Below, piece by piece: positions 39,348 through 47,903 of a stretch of 64,000 nucleotides of DNA. This stretch comes from an uncultured Gemmatimonadales bacterium (lineage in GTDB: Bacteria > Gemmatimonadota > Gemmatimonadetes > Gemmatimonadales > GWC2-71-9). The stretch is from NCBI GenBank assembly GCA_963779755.1, contig CAVZZO010000001.1, positions 384,001-448,000 on the forward strand. The letters run 5' to 3'. Within the stretch, counting starts at the first letter, position 1. Every line of letters begins with the position of its first letter. A program made the position numbers and the translations under genes. The notes below the pieces were generated by a model, which saw only the letters and a program-made list of their open reading frames with translations, was not told the origin of the DNA and searched no databases.

Positions 39348-42300
39348 ATGCTCCGATCCTCCCTTGCCATCCTGGCGCTCTTCGTCCTGCCGGCGCTCCT
39401 CACCGCCCAGACCCGCCTCCTGCACCAGCCCGACGTCAGCGCGCGCTACGTCGCCTTCGAGTATGGCGGCGATATCTGGCTCGCGCCCCGCGACGGGGGT
39501 GAGGCCCGCCGGGTGACCTCCTCGCCCACGGTGGAGCGCGACCCGCACTTCTCGCCCGACGGGAAGTGGCTGGCGTTCACCGGCGGCTATGGCGGCAACG
39601 CCGACGTGTACGTGGTGGGGGTGGACAGCGGCGCGCCGCGGCGGCTCACCTGGCACCCGGGGCCGGACCTGGTCCGCGGCTGGACGCCGGACGGCCGGAA
39701 CATCGTCTTCATGTCTCCCCGGATCAGCGTGCCGGACGCCGAGCCACGGCTGTGGACGGTGCCGGTGGAAGGTGGCTTTCCCACCGTGATGGCGGTGCCG
39801 CAGGCAGATGCCGGTGCCGTCTCTCCGGACGGCTCGTCGCTGGCCTACCAGATGGTGCGGCCCTGGGAAAGCGAGATGCGCAACTACCGGGGCGGCCAGA
39901 ACCAGCCGATCCGGGTACTCGACCTCAAGACCTACGCGATGCAGAAGCTTCCCTGGGCCGGAAGCCGGGACCAGCAGCCGGTGTGGCTGGGTTCGACCAT
40001 TTACTTCATCTCGGACCGGGACTGGACCAATAACGTCTGGTCCTACGACACGCAGACGAAGGCCCTGAAGCAGATCACCCACTTCAAGGATTTCGAGGTC
40101 GAGAGCGTGAACGCCGGGGCGGGCGCCGTGGTGTACGAACAGGCCGGGGACATCCACCTGTTCGACCCCGCCTCGGGCGCCGACCGGAAGCTGGCGATTC
40201 ACGTAGCGGGCGACTTCCCCTGGGCCATGCCGCACACGGTGGAGGTGGCAAAGGCGCTTACCGCTCCGCAGCTGAGTCCCACCGGCGTACGTGCCCTGTT
40301 CGAGGCGCGCGGCGAGGTTCTCACCGTCCCCACCGACAAGGGCACCTATCGCAATCTGACCCGCAGCTCGGGCGTGGCCGACCGCTCGCCCGTCTGGTCG
40401 CCCGACGGCAAGCGGATCGCCTGGTTCAGCGACAGTTCCGGCGAATACCAGCTGATGGTGACGGACCAGGACGGGCTGGCGGAGCCGAAGGTCTATCCCC
40501 TGGCCCATCCCAGCTACTTCTACGCGCCGGCCTGGTCGCCCGACGGGTCCAGGATCCTGTTCACCGACGCGGAAATGCATCTGCGGGTGCTGGACCTGGC
40601 CACCGGCAAGGAGACCATGGTGGACCAGGGCAACTACACCTGGCCCGACCGGGACATGTATCCCGCCTGGTCACCGGACTCGAAGTGGATCGCCTACACC
40701 AAGCGGCTCAAGGGCTCGCAGTTCCACGCCGTGTTCGTCTACCACGCGACGGACGGCAGCGTGCACCAGCTGACCGACGGGCTGTCCGACGTGATCACCC
40801 CGGCCTGGGGCCGGAGCGGCAAATACCTGCTCTTTCTCGCCTCCACCGACTTCGCGCTCAATACCGGCTGGCTCGACATGAGCTCCTACGACCGGCCGGT
40901 GCAGCGCGGGGTGTACCTCGCGGTGCTCTCGCAGAAGGATCCTTCTCCCCTGCTGCCGGAGGCCGGCGACGAGCGCGGCGACAGTGCGAAGGCGGCGCCG
41001 GATAGTGCCGGGAAGAAGGGGCCGAAGGATTCGGTGTCGGTCACCATCGACTTCGACGGCTTCTCCCAGCGGATTCTTTCCCTGGATGTTCCCAGCCGGG
41101 ATTACGTGGGGCTGCAGGCCGGCAAGGCGGGGCAGTTTTTCTATCTGGAGCGGGTGCCGCACCATGCGGATGTGCTGCACCGCTACGATCTGGACAAGCG
41201 GAAGGCGATCGCCTTCGTCCCCGCCGCGGCCGAGCAGTACGCCATCTCTGCCAGCGGAAAGAAGCTGCTCTTCCAGCGCGCCTCCTCCGACGGCGACGCC
41301 AGTGGCCAGTGGGCGGTGGTGGACGACGACACCCCGGGACCGGCGCCCGATTCCGCCTCGCTCGCCACGTCGCAGCTGAAGGTGGACCTCGATCCGCAGG
41401 CCGAGTGGCGGCAGATCTTCCGGGACGCCTGGCGGATCGAGCGGGACTACGTGTACGTGGCCAACCTGAACGGGGCCGACTGGCCCGCTATCCGGACCAG
41501 GTACGCGGTCCTGCTGCCCTGGGTGAGGCACCGGATCGACCTGACCCAGCTCCTGGACCAGATGCAGGGTGAGCTGGCTTTGGCGCACACCTTCGTCGGC
41601 GGCGGGGACATGCCGTCCGCCGATGTGCGGCCCGCCGGCCTGCTCGGCGCCGATCTGGAGGTGGCCAACGGCCGCTACCGCATCCGGAAGATCTACACCG
41701 GCGAGAACTGGAATCCGGACCTGCAGGCGCCGCTCTCCGCGCCGGGGGTGAACGTGCGGGAAGGCGACTACCTCCTGGCGGTGAACGGCCGGGAGCTGCG
41801 GCCGCCGGAGAATCCGTACGCTGCCTTCCAGGGCACCGTGGGGCAGCAGGTGCAGATCCGGGTCAACGCCCGCCCGGTGCCGGCGGGCTCGCGGCTGGTC
41901 ACCGTGGTGCCGATCGCCAACGAGGCGGGGCTGCGCACCCGCGACTGGATCGAGACCAACCGCCGAAAGGTGGATTCGCTCTCCGGCGGCAAGCTGGCCT
42001 ATGTCTATGTGCCCAACACCGGCGGCAGCGGGTACACCAGTTTCAACCGCTATTACTTCGCGCAGCAGGACAAGCAGGGCGCGGTGATCGACGAGCGGTT
42101 CAACCACGGCGGCAGCATTGCCGACTACATGGTGGACATCATGAGCCGGCAGCTGCACGGCTATTTCAACCAGCGCCTGGGCGACCACTACAATGCGGTG
42201 ACCGCGCCGGCCGCCGCGATCTGGGGACCCAAGGTGCTTATCATCAACGAGATGAGCGGTTCGGGCGGCGACATGTTCCCCTACATGTTCCGCCAGATGA

Positions 42301-42611
42301 AGATCGGGCCGCTGATCGGCACGAAGACCTGGGGCGGCCTGGTAGGCTGGGGCGGGGAGCCGGAGCTCGTCGACGGCGGCTTCATCAGCGCGCCCAGCAC
42401 CGGCTTCTACAATGTGGACGGCCAGTGGGACGTGGAAAGCAAGGGGGTGGCGCCGGATATCGAGGTGGAGCAGGATCCCGCCGCGGTGATCGCCGGCCGG
42501 GACCCACAGCTGGAGCGGGCGGTGGCGGAGGCTATGCGGCTGCTGGCGGAGCATCCGCAGGTGCTCAAGCCCCAGCCGCCGGCACCGGACCGGGTGCAGC
42601 CGGGCACCTGA
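39348..42611 (+). CDS. Tricorn protease homolog (peptidase S41, PD40 propellers, PDZ)
   Basis: Signal peptide, PD40 repeats, DERFNHGG, SGSGGD, G.KTWGG, DPQLERAV. Confidence 0.92.
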   Translation: MLRSSLAILALFVLPALLTAQTRLLHQPDVSARYVAFEYGGDIWLAPRDGGEARRVTSSPTVERDPHFSPDGKWLAFTGGYGGNADVYVVGVDSGAPRRLTWHPGPDLVRGWTPDGRNIVFMSPRISVPDAEPRLWTVPVEGGFPTVMAVPQADAGAVSPDGSSLAYQMVRPWESEMRNYRGGQNQPIRVLDLKTYAMQKLPWAGSRDQQPVWLGSTIYFISDRDWTNNVWSYDTQTKALKQITHFKDFEVESVNAGAGAVVYEQAGDIHLFDPASGADRKLAIHVAGDFPWAMPHTVEVAKALTAPQLSPTGVRALFEARGEVLTVPTDKGTYRNLTRSSGVADRSPVWSPDGKRIAWFSDSSGEYQLMVTDQDGLAEPKVYPLAHPSYFYAPAWSPDGSRILFTDAEMHLRVLDLATGKETMVDQGNYTWPDRDMYPAWSPDSKWIAYTKRLKGSQFHAVFVYHATDGSVHQLTDGLSDVITPAWGRSGKYLLFLASTDFALNTGWLDMSSYDRPVQRGVYLAVLSQKDPSPLLPEAGDERGDSAKAAPDSAGKKGPKDSVSVTIDFDGFSQRILSLDVPSRDYVGLQAGKAGQFFYLERVPHHADVLHRYDLDKRKAIAFVPAAAEQYAISASGKKLLFQRASSDGDASGQWAVVDDDTPGPAPDSASLATSQLKVDLDPQAEWRQIFRDAWRIERDYVYVANLNGADWPAIRTRYAVLLPWVRHRIDLTQLLDQMQGELALAHTFVGGGDMPSADVRPAGLLGADLEVANGRYRIRKIYTGENWNPDLQAPLSAPGVNVREGDYLLAVNGRELRPPENPYAAFQGTVGQQVQIRVNARPVPAGSRLVTVVPIANEAGLRTRDWIETNRRKVDSLSGGKLAYVYVPNTGGSGYTSFNRYYFAQQDKQGAVIDERFNHGGSIADYMVDIMSRQLHGYFNQRLGDHYNAVTAPAAAIWGPKVLIINEMSGSGGDMFPYMFRQMKIGPLIGTKTWGGLVGWGGEPELVDGGFISAPSTGFYNVDGQWDVESKGVAPDIEVEQDPAAVIAGRDPQLERAVAEAMRLLAEHPQVLKPQPPAPDRVQPGT

Positions 42612-42655
42612 GCTAGCGCTCGGGTTCCGCGCGACCGAAGGAGCTCGGGAGGTGA

Positions 42656-42824
42656 AACCGCAGATTACGCAGATTACGCAGATGTTCCCGACTGAAGGCA
42701 ACGATCCGCTGAGCCTACGCCGGGCTACCACAAGGATGAACTTCTGTCTTATCGGGTAGTCGGGTCGACTGCGGAGCGCGGTCCAGCCGCGGCATCCTCT
42801 GCGTAATCTGCGTAATCTGCGGTT
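42656..42824. repeat. Second element bounded by inverted GCAGATTAC arrays
   Basis: AACCGCAGATTACGCAGATTACGCAGAT...TCTGCGTAATCTGCGTAATCTGCGGTT. Confidence 0.85.
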
Positions 42825-42913
42825 CCATCCGGGGAGCTTCCGGATTTGGCCGTTAACGGGCAGCGCGCGGCCGGGCGATCCGGTAATACCAATGCTGAGT
42901 GACGAGGCTGACC

Positions 42914-43378
42914 ATGGCTTCTTCTGCCGTTCAGGACTTCTATCCCGACCAGTTCGCCCACTGCTACGGCTGCGGGCGGCTGAACCCGGAAGGGCTGCAG
43001 ATCCAGACCCGCTGGGAGGGGGACGTTGCTGTTGCCCGGTTCACCCCGCGGCCCGAGCACATCGCCGTGCCGGGATTTGTCTATGGCGGCCTCATTGCCA
43101 GTCTGGTGGACTGTCACTCGATCGGTGCCGCGGCGGCGGCGGTGGAGCGCGCGGCGGGCCGGGAGATCGGGGCGGGTGAAGCTCCGCGATTCGTCACCGC
43201 TTCGCTCAAGGTAGACTTCCTGAAGCCAACGCCGCTGGGGCCGGAGCTGGAGATCCGGGCGCGGCCGCGCACGGTCTCCGCCCGCAAGGTGGTGGTGGAT
43301 GCCGAGGTCGTCGCGGGTGGTGTGGTAACGGCACGTGGTGAGGTGGTAGCGGTGAAAATGCCGGAGACGATGGGATAG
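42914..43378 (+). CDS. PaaI/hotdog-fold thioesterase
   Basis: CYGCG..N..GL, YGG...SLVDCH, VTASL.VDFLKPTP. Confidence 0.85.
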   Translation: MASSAVQDFYPDQFAHCYGCGRLNPEGLQIQTRWEGDVAVARFTPRPEHIAVPGFVYGGLIASLVDCHSIGAAAAAVERAAGREIGAGEAPRFVTASLKVDFLKPTPLGPELEIRARPRTVSARKVVVDAEVVAGGVVTARGEVVAVKMPETMG

Positions 43379-43413
43379 GGCAGAGTGAGCCGAGTGGGCC
43401 GAAAGGGAAAACC

Positions 43414-43878
43414 ATGCACCGGATCTTCTGGAGTGTCGCGCTCGCATGTGTCCTTCTGAGTGGGGTGGCGGTGGCACAGGCACCGGGATCGCCCCCAGCG
43501 GAGCTCCGGCCGCTGCTGGATTCGATGCTGGTGGCGGCCAACGCGCACGATACCGATCGCTTTCTGGCCGGCTACCTGCACGACTCCACCCTGGTTCTGG
43601 TCTTCAACGGTGTGGTCACCACCGGATACGACCAGGTGCGGGCGCTGCAGCTCAAGTGGTGGAACAACGGCGCCTCGGATGTCGTCTATACCCGGGTGGC
43701 GCCGGCCGGGTTCATGGTCCTGTCGCCTGGGGTGGTGGTGGTGACCGATCAGCTGGCCTCCCGACGTACGGCCCCGGATGGCACCATTCAGGGAGGCCGG
43801 TTCACTGCCACGATGGTCTGGCAGAAGCGGCCGCAGGGCTGGCGGGCGGTGGCGGTGCATGAGTCGACGGCGAGATAG
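43414..43878 (+). CDS. Exported NTF2/SnoaL-like (DUF4440-type) protein
   Basis: Signal peptide; C-terminal T.VW.K...GWR....HES. Confidence 0.75.
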   Translation: MHRIFWSVALACVLLSGVAVAQAPGSPPAELRPLLDSMLVAANAHDTDRFLAGYLHDSTLVLVFNGVVTTGYDQVRALQLKWWNNGASDVVYTRVAPAGFMVLSPGVVVVTDQLASRRTAPDGTIQGGRFTATMVWQKRPQGWRAVAVHESTAR

Positions 43879-43996
43879 GACGGCAGGACGGCCCTAAAGG
43901 ACTTCCTCGCGGCTCTCTATTGGAGGCCGCTCGGTCGCAGGACGGCAGGCGGCAAGGCGGCAAGGCGGCAAGGCGGCAAGGCGGCAGGATGGCAGG
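43878..43996 (+). repeat. Dispersed repeat copy 2: 60-bp core plus GGCAAGGC/GGCAGGAC octamer array
   Basis: Matches 14804-14863. Confidence 0.9.
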
Positions 43997-44084
43997 CTGG
44001 GAGGGCGGGAGGGCGGGGGCTGCTCCATCTTCCCGCATTCCTTTGTAAGTTCCGACATCCGAGGTCCTTTCTGGAGAGGTTGCC

Positions 44085-44291
44085 ATGTTCAAGCCCGTCA
44101 TGCAGATCGCGGCCGGCGGGGTGGCCGCCTTTCTGCTCTGGAAGATCGCCGCGCTGGTAATGCTGCCGCTGCTGGGCGTTGCCGCCGGCCTGGTGTTGCT
44201 CCTGATCAAGTTTGCCCTGTTCGGGATCGCTGTATTGGTGGTCTGGCTGGTGTATCGTCGGATGACCGGACCATCCAGCACGGCAGCCTGA
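44085..44291 (+). CDS. Small membrane protein (68 aa), paralog of 58310-58516
   Basis: M.KPV.Q.A.G..A..LLWK.AA...LPLLG.AAG shared; GGAGAGG SD. Confidence 0.75.
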   Translation: MFKPVMQIAAGGVAAFLLWKIAALVMLPLLGVAAGLVLLLIKFALFGIAVLVVWLVYRRMTGPSSTAA

Positions 44292-44324
44292 CCGACCCGT
44301 TCACTGTCATCATCCGAGGTTCGC

Positions 44325-44954
44325 ATGAGTCTACGCCTGGGCGATACCGCCCCCAACTTCACCGCCGAGACCACCGAAGGAAAGATCGACTTCTACAAGT
44401 GGAAGGGAGACAGCTGGGCGGTGCTGTTCTCCCATCCCAGGGACTACACGCCGGTCTGCACCACGGAACTGGGCCGGGTGGCCGGCCTGAACGACGAGTT
44501 CAGGAAACGGAACTGCAAGGTGATCGGCCTGAGCGTGGATCCGCTCGGCAGCCATGCCGGGTGGGCCCAGGATATCCAGGACGTCACCGGCCACACGCTG
44601 AACTTCCCGCTCATCGCCGATCCGGACCGCAAGGTGGCCGATCTGTACGACATGATCCACCCGAACGCCAGCGACACGACCACGGTGCGTTCGGTCTTCA
44701 TCATCAGCCCGGACAACAAGATCAAGCTGACGCTGACCTATCCGGCCAGCACCGGGCGGAACTTCCTCGAGCTGCTGCGGGTGATCGACTCGCTCCAGCT
44801 GACCTCCCGGTTCGCCGTCTCCACGCCGGCCGACTGGCAGGCGGGCGAAGACGTCATCATCGGCACCGGCGTCTCCGACGAGGAGGCCGCGAAGCGCTTC
44901 CCCGGTTTCGTCACGAAGAAGCCCTACCTGCGGATGACGCCGCAACCGAAGTAG
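44325..44954 (+). CDS. 1-Cys peroxiredoxin (Prx6 family)
   Basis: FSHP.DYTPVCTTE, YPASTGRNF. Confidence 0.93.
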   Translation: MSLRLGDTAPNFTAETTEGKIDFYKWKGDSWAVLFSHPRDYTPVCTTELGRVAGLNDEFRKRNCKVIGLSVDPLGSHAGWAQDIQDVTGHTLNFPLIADPDRKVADLYDMIHPNASDTTTVRSVFIISPDNKIKLTLTYPASTGRNFLELLRVIDSLQLTSRFAVSTPADWQAGEDVIIGTGVSDEEAAKRFPGFVTKKPYLRMTPQPK

Positions 44955-45035
44955 GACGGCCAGGGGGACGGGCGGTCAGGCGGTCAGGGGTGCCGCCTCT
45001 CCGCTCCCTCCCGCCGTAGCCGCCTTCCGGAGTTC

Positions 45036-47705
45036 GTGACGGATATCCCGGACCATCTCCTGTCCGCCCTCGCGGACCGCTACCGGATCGAGCGCGAGCT
45101 CGGTCAGGGCGGGATGGCCACGGTGTATCTGGCGGAAGATCTGAAGCACCGCCGCATGGTGGCGATCAAGGTACTGAAGCCCCAGCTGGCCTCCATGCTG
45201 GGCGCCGACCGCTTCCTGCGGGAGATCGAACTCACGGCGGCGCTGGATCATCCGCATATTCTGCCGCTGTATGAATCCGGGCGGGCGGGCGGCCAGGCGG
45301 GCGGGCGGTCGGAAGAAGTCCTCTTCTACGTCATGCCCTACGTGGAGGGTGAATCCCTCCGGGACCGGCTGAAGCGGGAGCGCCAGCTGCCGCTGGAGGA
45401 CGCGCTCCGTATCGCCCGCGAGGTCGCCGACGCGCTGAGCTACGCCCACAGCCGCGGCGTCATTCACCGGGACATCAAGCCGGAGAACATCCTGCTGTCG
45501 GGCGGGCATGCCCGGGTGGCGGACTTCGGCATTGCCCGCGCGATCGACGTGGCGTCCGGCGGGACCCTGACGGAGACGGGCCTGACCCTGGGGACGCCGG
45601 CCTACATGAGCCCCGAGCAGGCCGCCGCGGAGAAGCACCTGGACGGCCGGTCCGACTTGTACGCCCTGGCCTGCGTGCTCTACGAGATGCTGGGCGGCCA
45701 GGCGCCCTTTACGGGGCCGACCGCCGAGAGCGTGGTGCATCAGCACCTGGTCTCCTCTCCGGTGCCGGTGACCCAGTTGCGGCCCTCCGTGCCGCCGGAA
45801 GTGGCCGAGGCGCTCCAGCGCGCTCTGGCCAAGACGCCGGCCGACCGTTTCAGCACCGTCGGGCGCTTTGCCGAGGCACTGGGCCCGGGGCACGGCACCC
45901 CACCCCATCCGGTGCCTGGCGCAAGGGCCCCGCGGTCTTCTGCCCGCCTTGCCTGGCTGGTGTCCGCGGTCCTGGCCGTCGTCCTTCTGCTCGGTAGCGG
46001 CGCGCTATTGTTGCGCAAGCCGCCGGCCCGGCTGGACCTGGGCCATCTGCTCCAGGTGACACTGGACGCCGGGCTCGAGTTGGACCCGGCGCTCTCGCCC
46101 GACGGCAAGTTCCTGGCCTACTCCGGGCCGCATGGCGACCTCCTGGTTCGGCAAGTCGAGGGCGGGGACCCGATTCACGTGGTTCGCGGCGGCGATCCCC
46201 GGGGCCGCTGGCCCGCCTGGACGCCCGACGGGCAGTCGCTGGTGTACGTCTCCCCGCGCGGGTTCGAGACGGTACCGGCATTCGGCGGCGCGCCCAGGTT
46301 CCTGGCGGCGGAGACCACGCCGGAGCGCGGCCTGACGCTCTCACCCGACGGCCGGAGCTATGCCTTCGTCTCGCACGACTCCCTGTACGCCGCGCCGCTG
46401 GCGGGAGGAGCGGCGCGCCTGGTGACGGTGAGCCACGAGGTGCATTCCCCCGTGTGGTCGCCCGACGGCCGGTGGATCGCATTCGTCTCGGGGAATGTGC
46501 AGTTCGTGAAGTGGACAGACCTGGGGAATGTGGCGAACAGCAGCATCCAGGTGGTGGCGGCCGGCGGCGGTCCGGCGGCAGCGGTGAGCGACGACCAGGC
46601 GATGAACGTGAGCCCGGCGTGGGCCTCGCCGGCCACGCTGCTGTACGTGTCCGATCGCGGCGGCGGGCGGGACGTATATGAGGTCACCCTGGGGCGCACG
46701 GGGCGAGCGACGGGGCCCGCCGTCCGGATCACCACGGGGCTCAATCCGCACGGCATCAGCGTCTCCCACGACGGAAACCGGTTGGCCTGGTCGGCATTCA
46801 GTGAGCGGTCGAACGTCTGGTCGCTTCCGGTGCCCCGGAGCGGTTCCGTCTCGATCGAGGAGGCGAAGCAGCTGACCACGGGGAATCAGATCATCGAAAA
46901 CATCGATGTCTCGCGGGACGGTCGTTGGCTCGCGTTCAGCGCCGACCGGAACGGGACCTTTCAGATCTACCGCCAGCGCCTGGACCAGCCGGGAGCGGAG
47001 CCGCAGCAGATCACCTCGGACACCGCCGGAGCCTGGTGGGACGCCTGGTCGCCCGACGACAGCCAGATCGCCTTCCACCGTTTTCAGGGGGAGCGCCGGG
47101 TCGTTTACGTGATGCCGTCCCACGGCGGCGCGCCGGTCCGGGTGACCGACGGCAGCCAGGATGAACGCAGCCCCGAATGGTCCCCCGACGGGAGGCAACT
47201 GTTGCTGCTGGCCAACTGGGGGACCACCCCGGCACTGCACATCGTCACCCGTAAACCGGACGGCAGCTGGAGCGCTCCGCGAACCGTTCCGGTGGTCATC
47301 GGGTCGGACACGATACGGTCGGGGCTCGCGGCCTGGTCGCCGGACGGGAAGCTGCTGGCGTGCGGCTGCGGCCCGGGCGGGCTGGTCGTGGTGCCGGCGG
47401 ACGGGGGCGCCGCGCGCCGTCTCCCGGAGGCCTATTCGACGGCCGGATGGGCCTTTCCCCAGTGGTCGGCCGACGGGCGGACGATTTACTACCTGAGCGA
47501 AGATTCGGGTCGGGTGGCCTACGTGGTGGCCCAGCCGCTCTCGGGAGCTCCGCCCCATGTCGCGGTCCGGTTCGACGACCCCTCCCGCCCCTGGCACCGG
47601 TTCGGGTTCCGGGTGCGGGCCGGCCGGATCTTTACCGAGCTGGGCGACCGCGAGAGCGATATCTGGGTGGCGGACATCCGGGGCTCGAAAGGACGCATCC
47701 CCTAG
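45036..47705 (+). CDS. Ser/Thr kinase - TM - PD40 beta-propeller
   Basis: GQGGMA, VAIK, HRDIKPEN, DFG; TM; WSPDG repeats. Confidence 0.92.
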   Translation: MTDIPDHLLSALADRYRIERELGQGGMATVYLAEDLKHRRMVAIKVLKPQLASMLGADRFLREIELTAALDHPHILPLYESGRAGGQAGGRSEEVLFYVMPYVEGESLRDRLKRERQLPLEDALRIAREVADALSYAHSRGVIHRDIKPENILLSGGHARVADFGIARAIDVASGGTLTETGLTLGTPAYMSPEQAAAEKHLDGRSDLYALACVLYEMLGGQAPFTGPTAESVVHQHLVSSPVPVTQLRPSVPPEVAEALQRALAKTPADRFSTVGRFAEALGPGHGTPPHPVPGARAPRSSARLAWLVSAVLAVVLLLGSGALLLRKPPARLDLGHLLQVTLDAGLELDPALSPDGKFLAYSGPHGDLLVRQVEGGDPIHVVRGGDPRGRWPAWTPDGQSLVYVSPRGFETVPAFGGAPRFLAAETTPERGLTLSPDGRSYAFVSHDSLYAAPLAGGAARLVTVSHEVHSPVWSPDGRWIAFVSGNVQFVKWTDLGNVANSSIQVVAAGGGPAAAVSDDQAMNVSPAWASPATLLYVSDRGGGRDVYEVTLGRTGRATGPAVRITTGLNPHGISVSHDGNRLAWSAFSERSNVWSLPVPRSGSVSIEEAKQLTTGNQIIENIDVSRDGRWLAFSADRNGTFQIYRQRLDQPGAEPQQITSDTAGAWWDAWSPDDSQIAFHRFQGERRVVYVMPSHGGAPVRVTDGSQDERSPEWSPDGRQLLLLANWGTTPALHIVTRKPDGSWSAPRTVPVVIGSDTIRSGLAAWSPDGKLLACGCGPGGLVVVPADGGAARRLPEAYSTAGWAFPQWSADGRTIYYLSEDSGRVAYVVAQPLSGAPPHVAVRFDDPSRPWHRFGFRVRAGRIFTELGDRESDIWVADIRGSKGRIP

Positions 47706-47903
47706 CCTCCCGGTGTACCTCCCGCCTATCCTACGTCATAATCCCAGCAACCCAGGGGCCGTCTCTACCGGACGGTGTCCCTTCCAGACGCGCGGGCGAT
47801 TCTGATCATACCGTCCGCCCTGCCGCCGTCTTGCCGCTAAACCGTTTCTTCCCTGTGAGGCCTCCCGGCAGCCCGGCCGCGGCCTCCCGCCCCCCAGGTC
47901 GCC

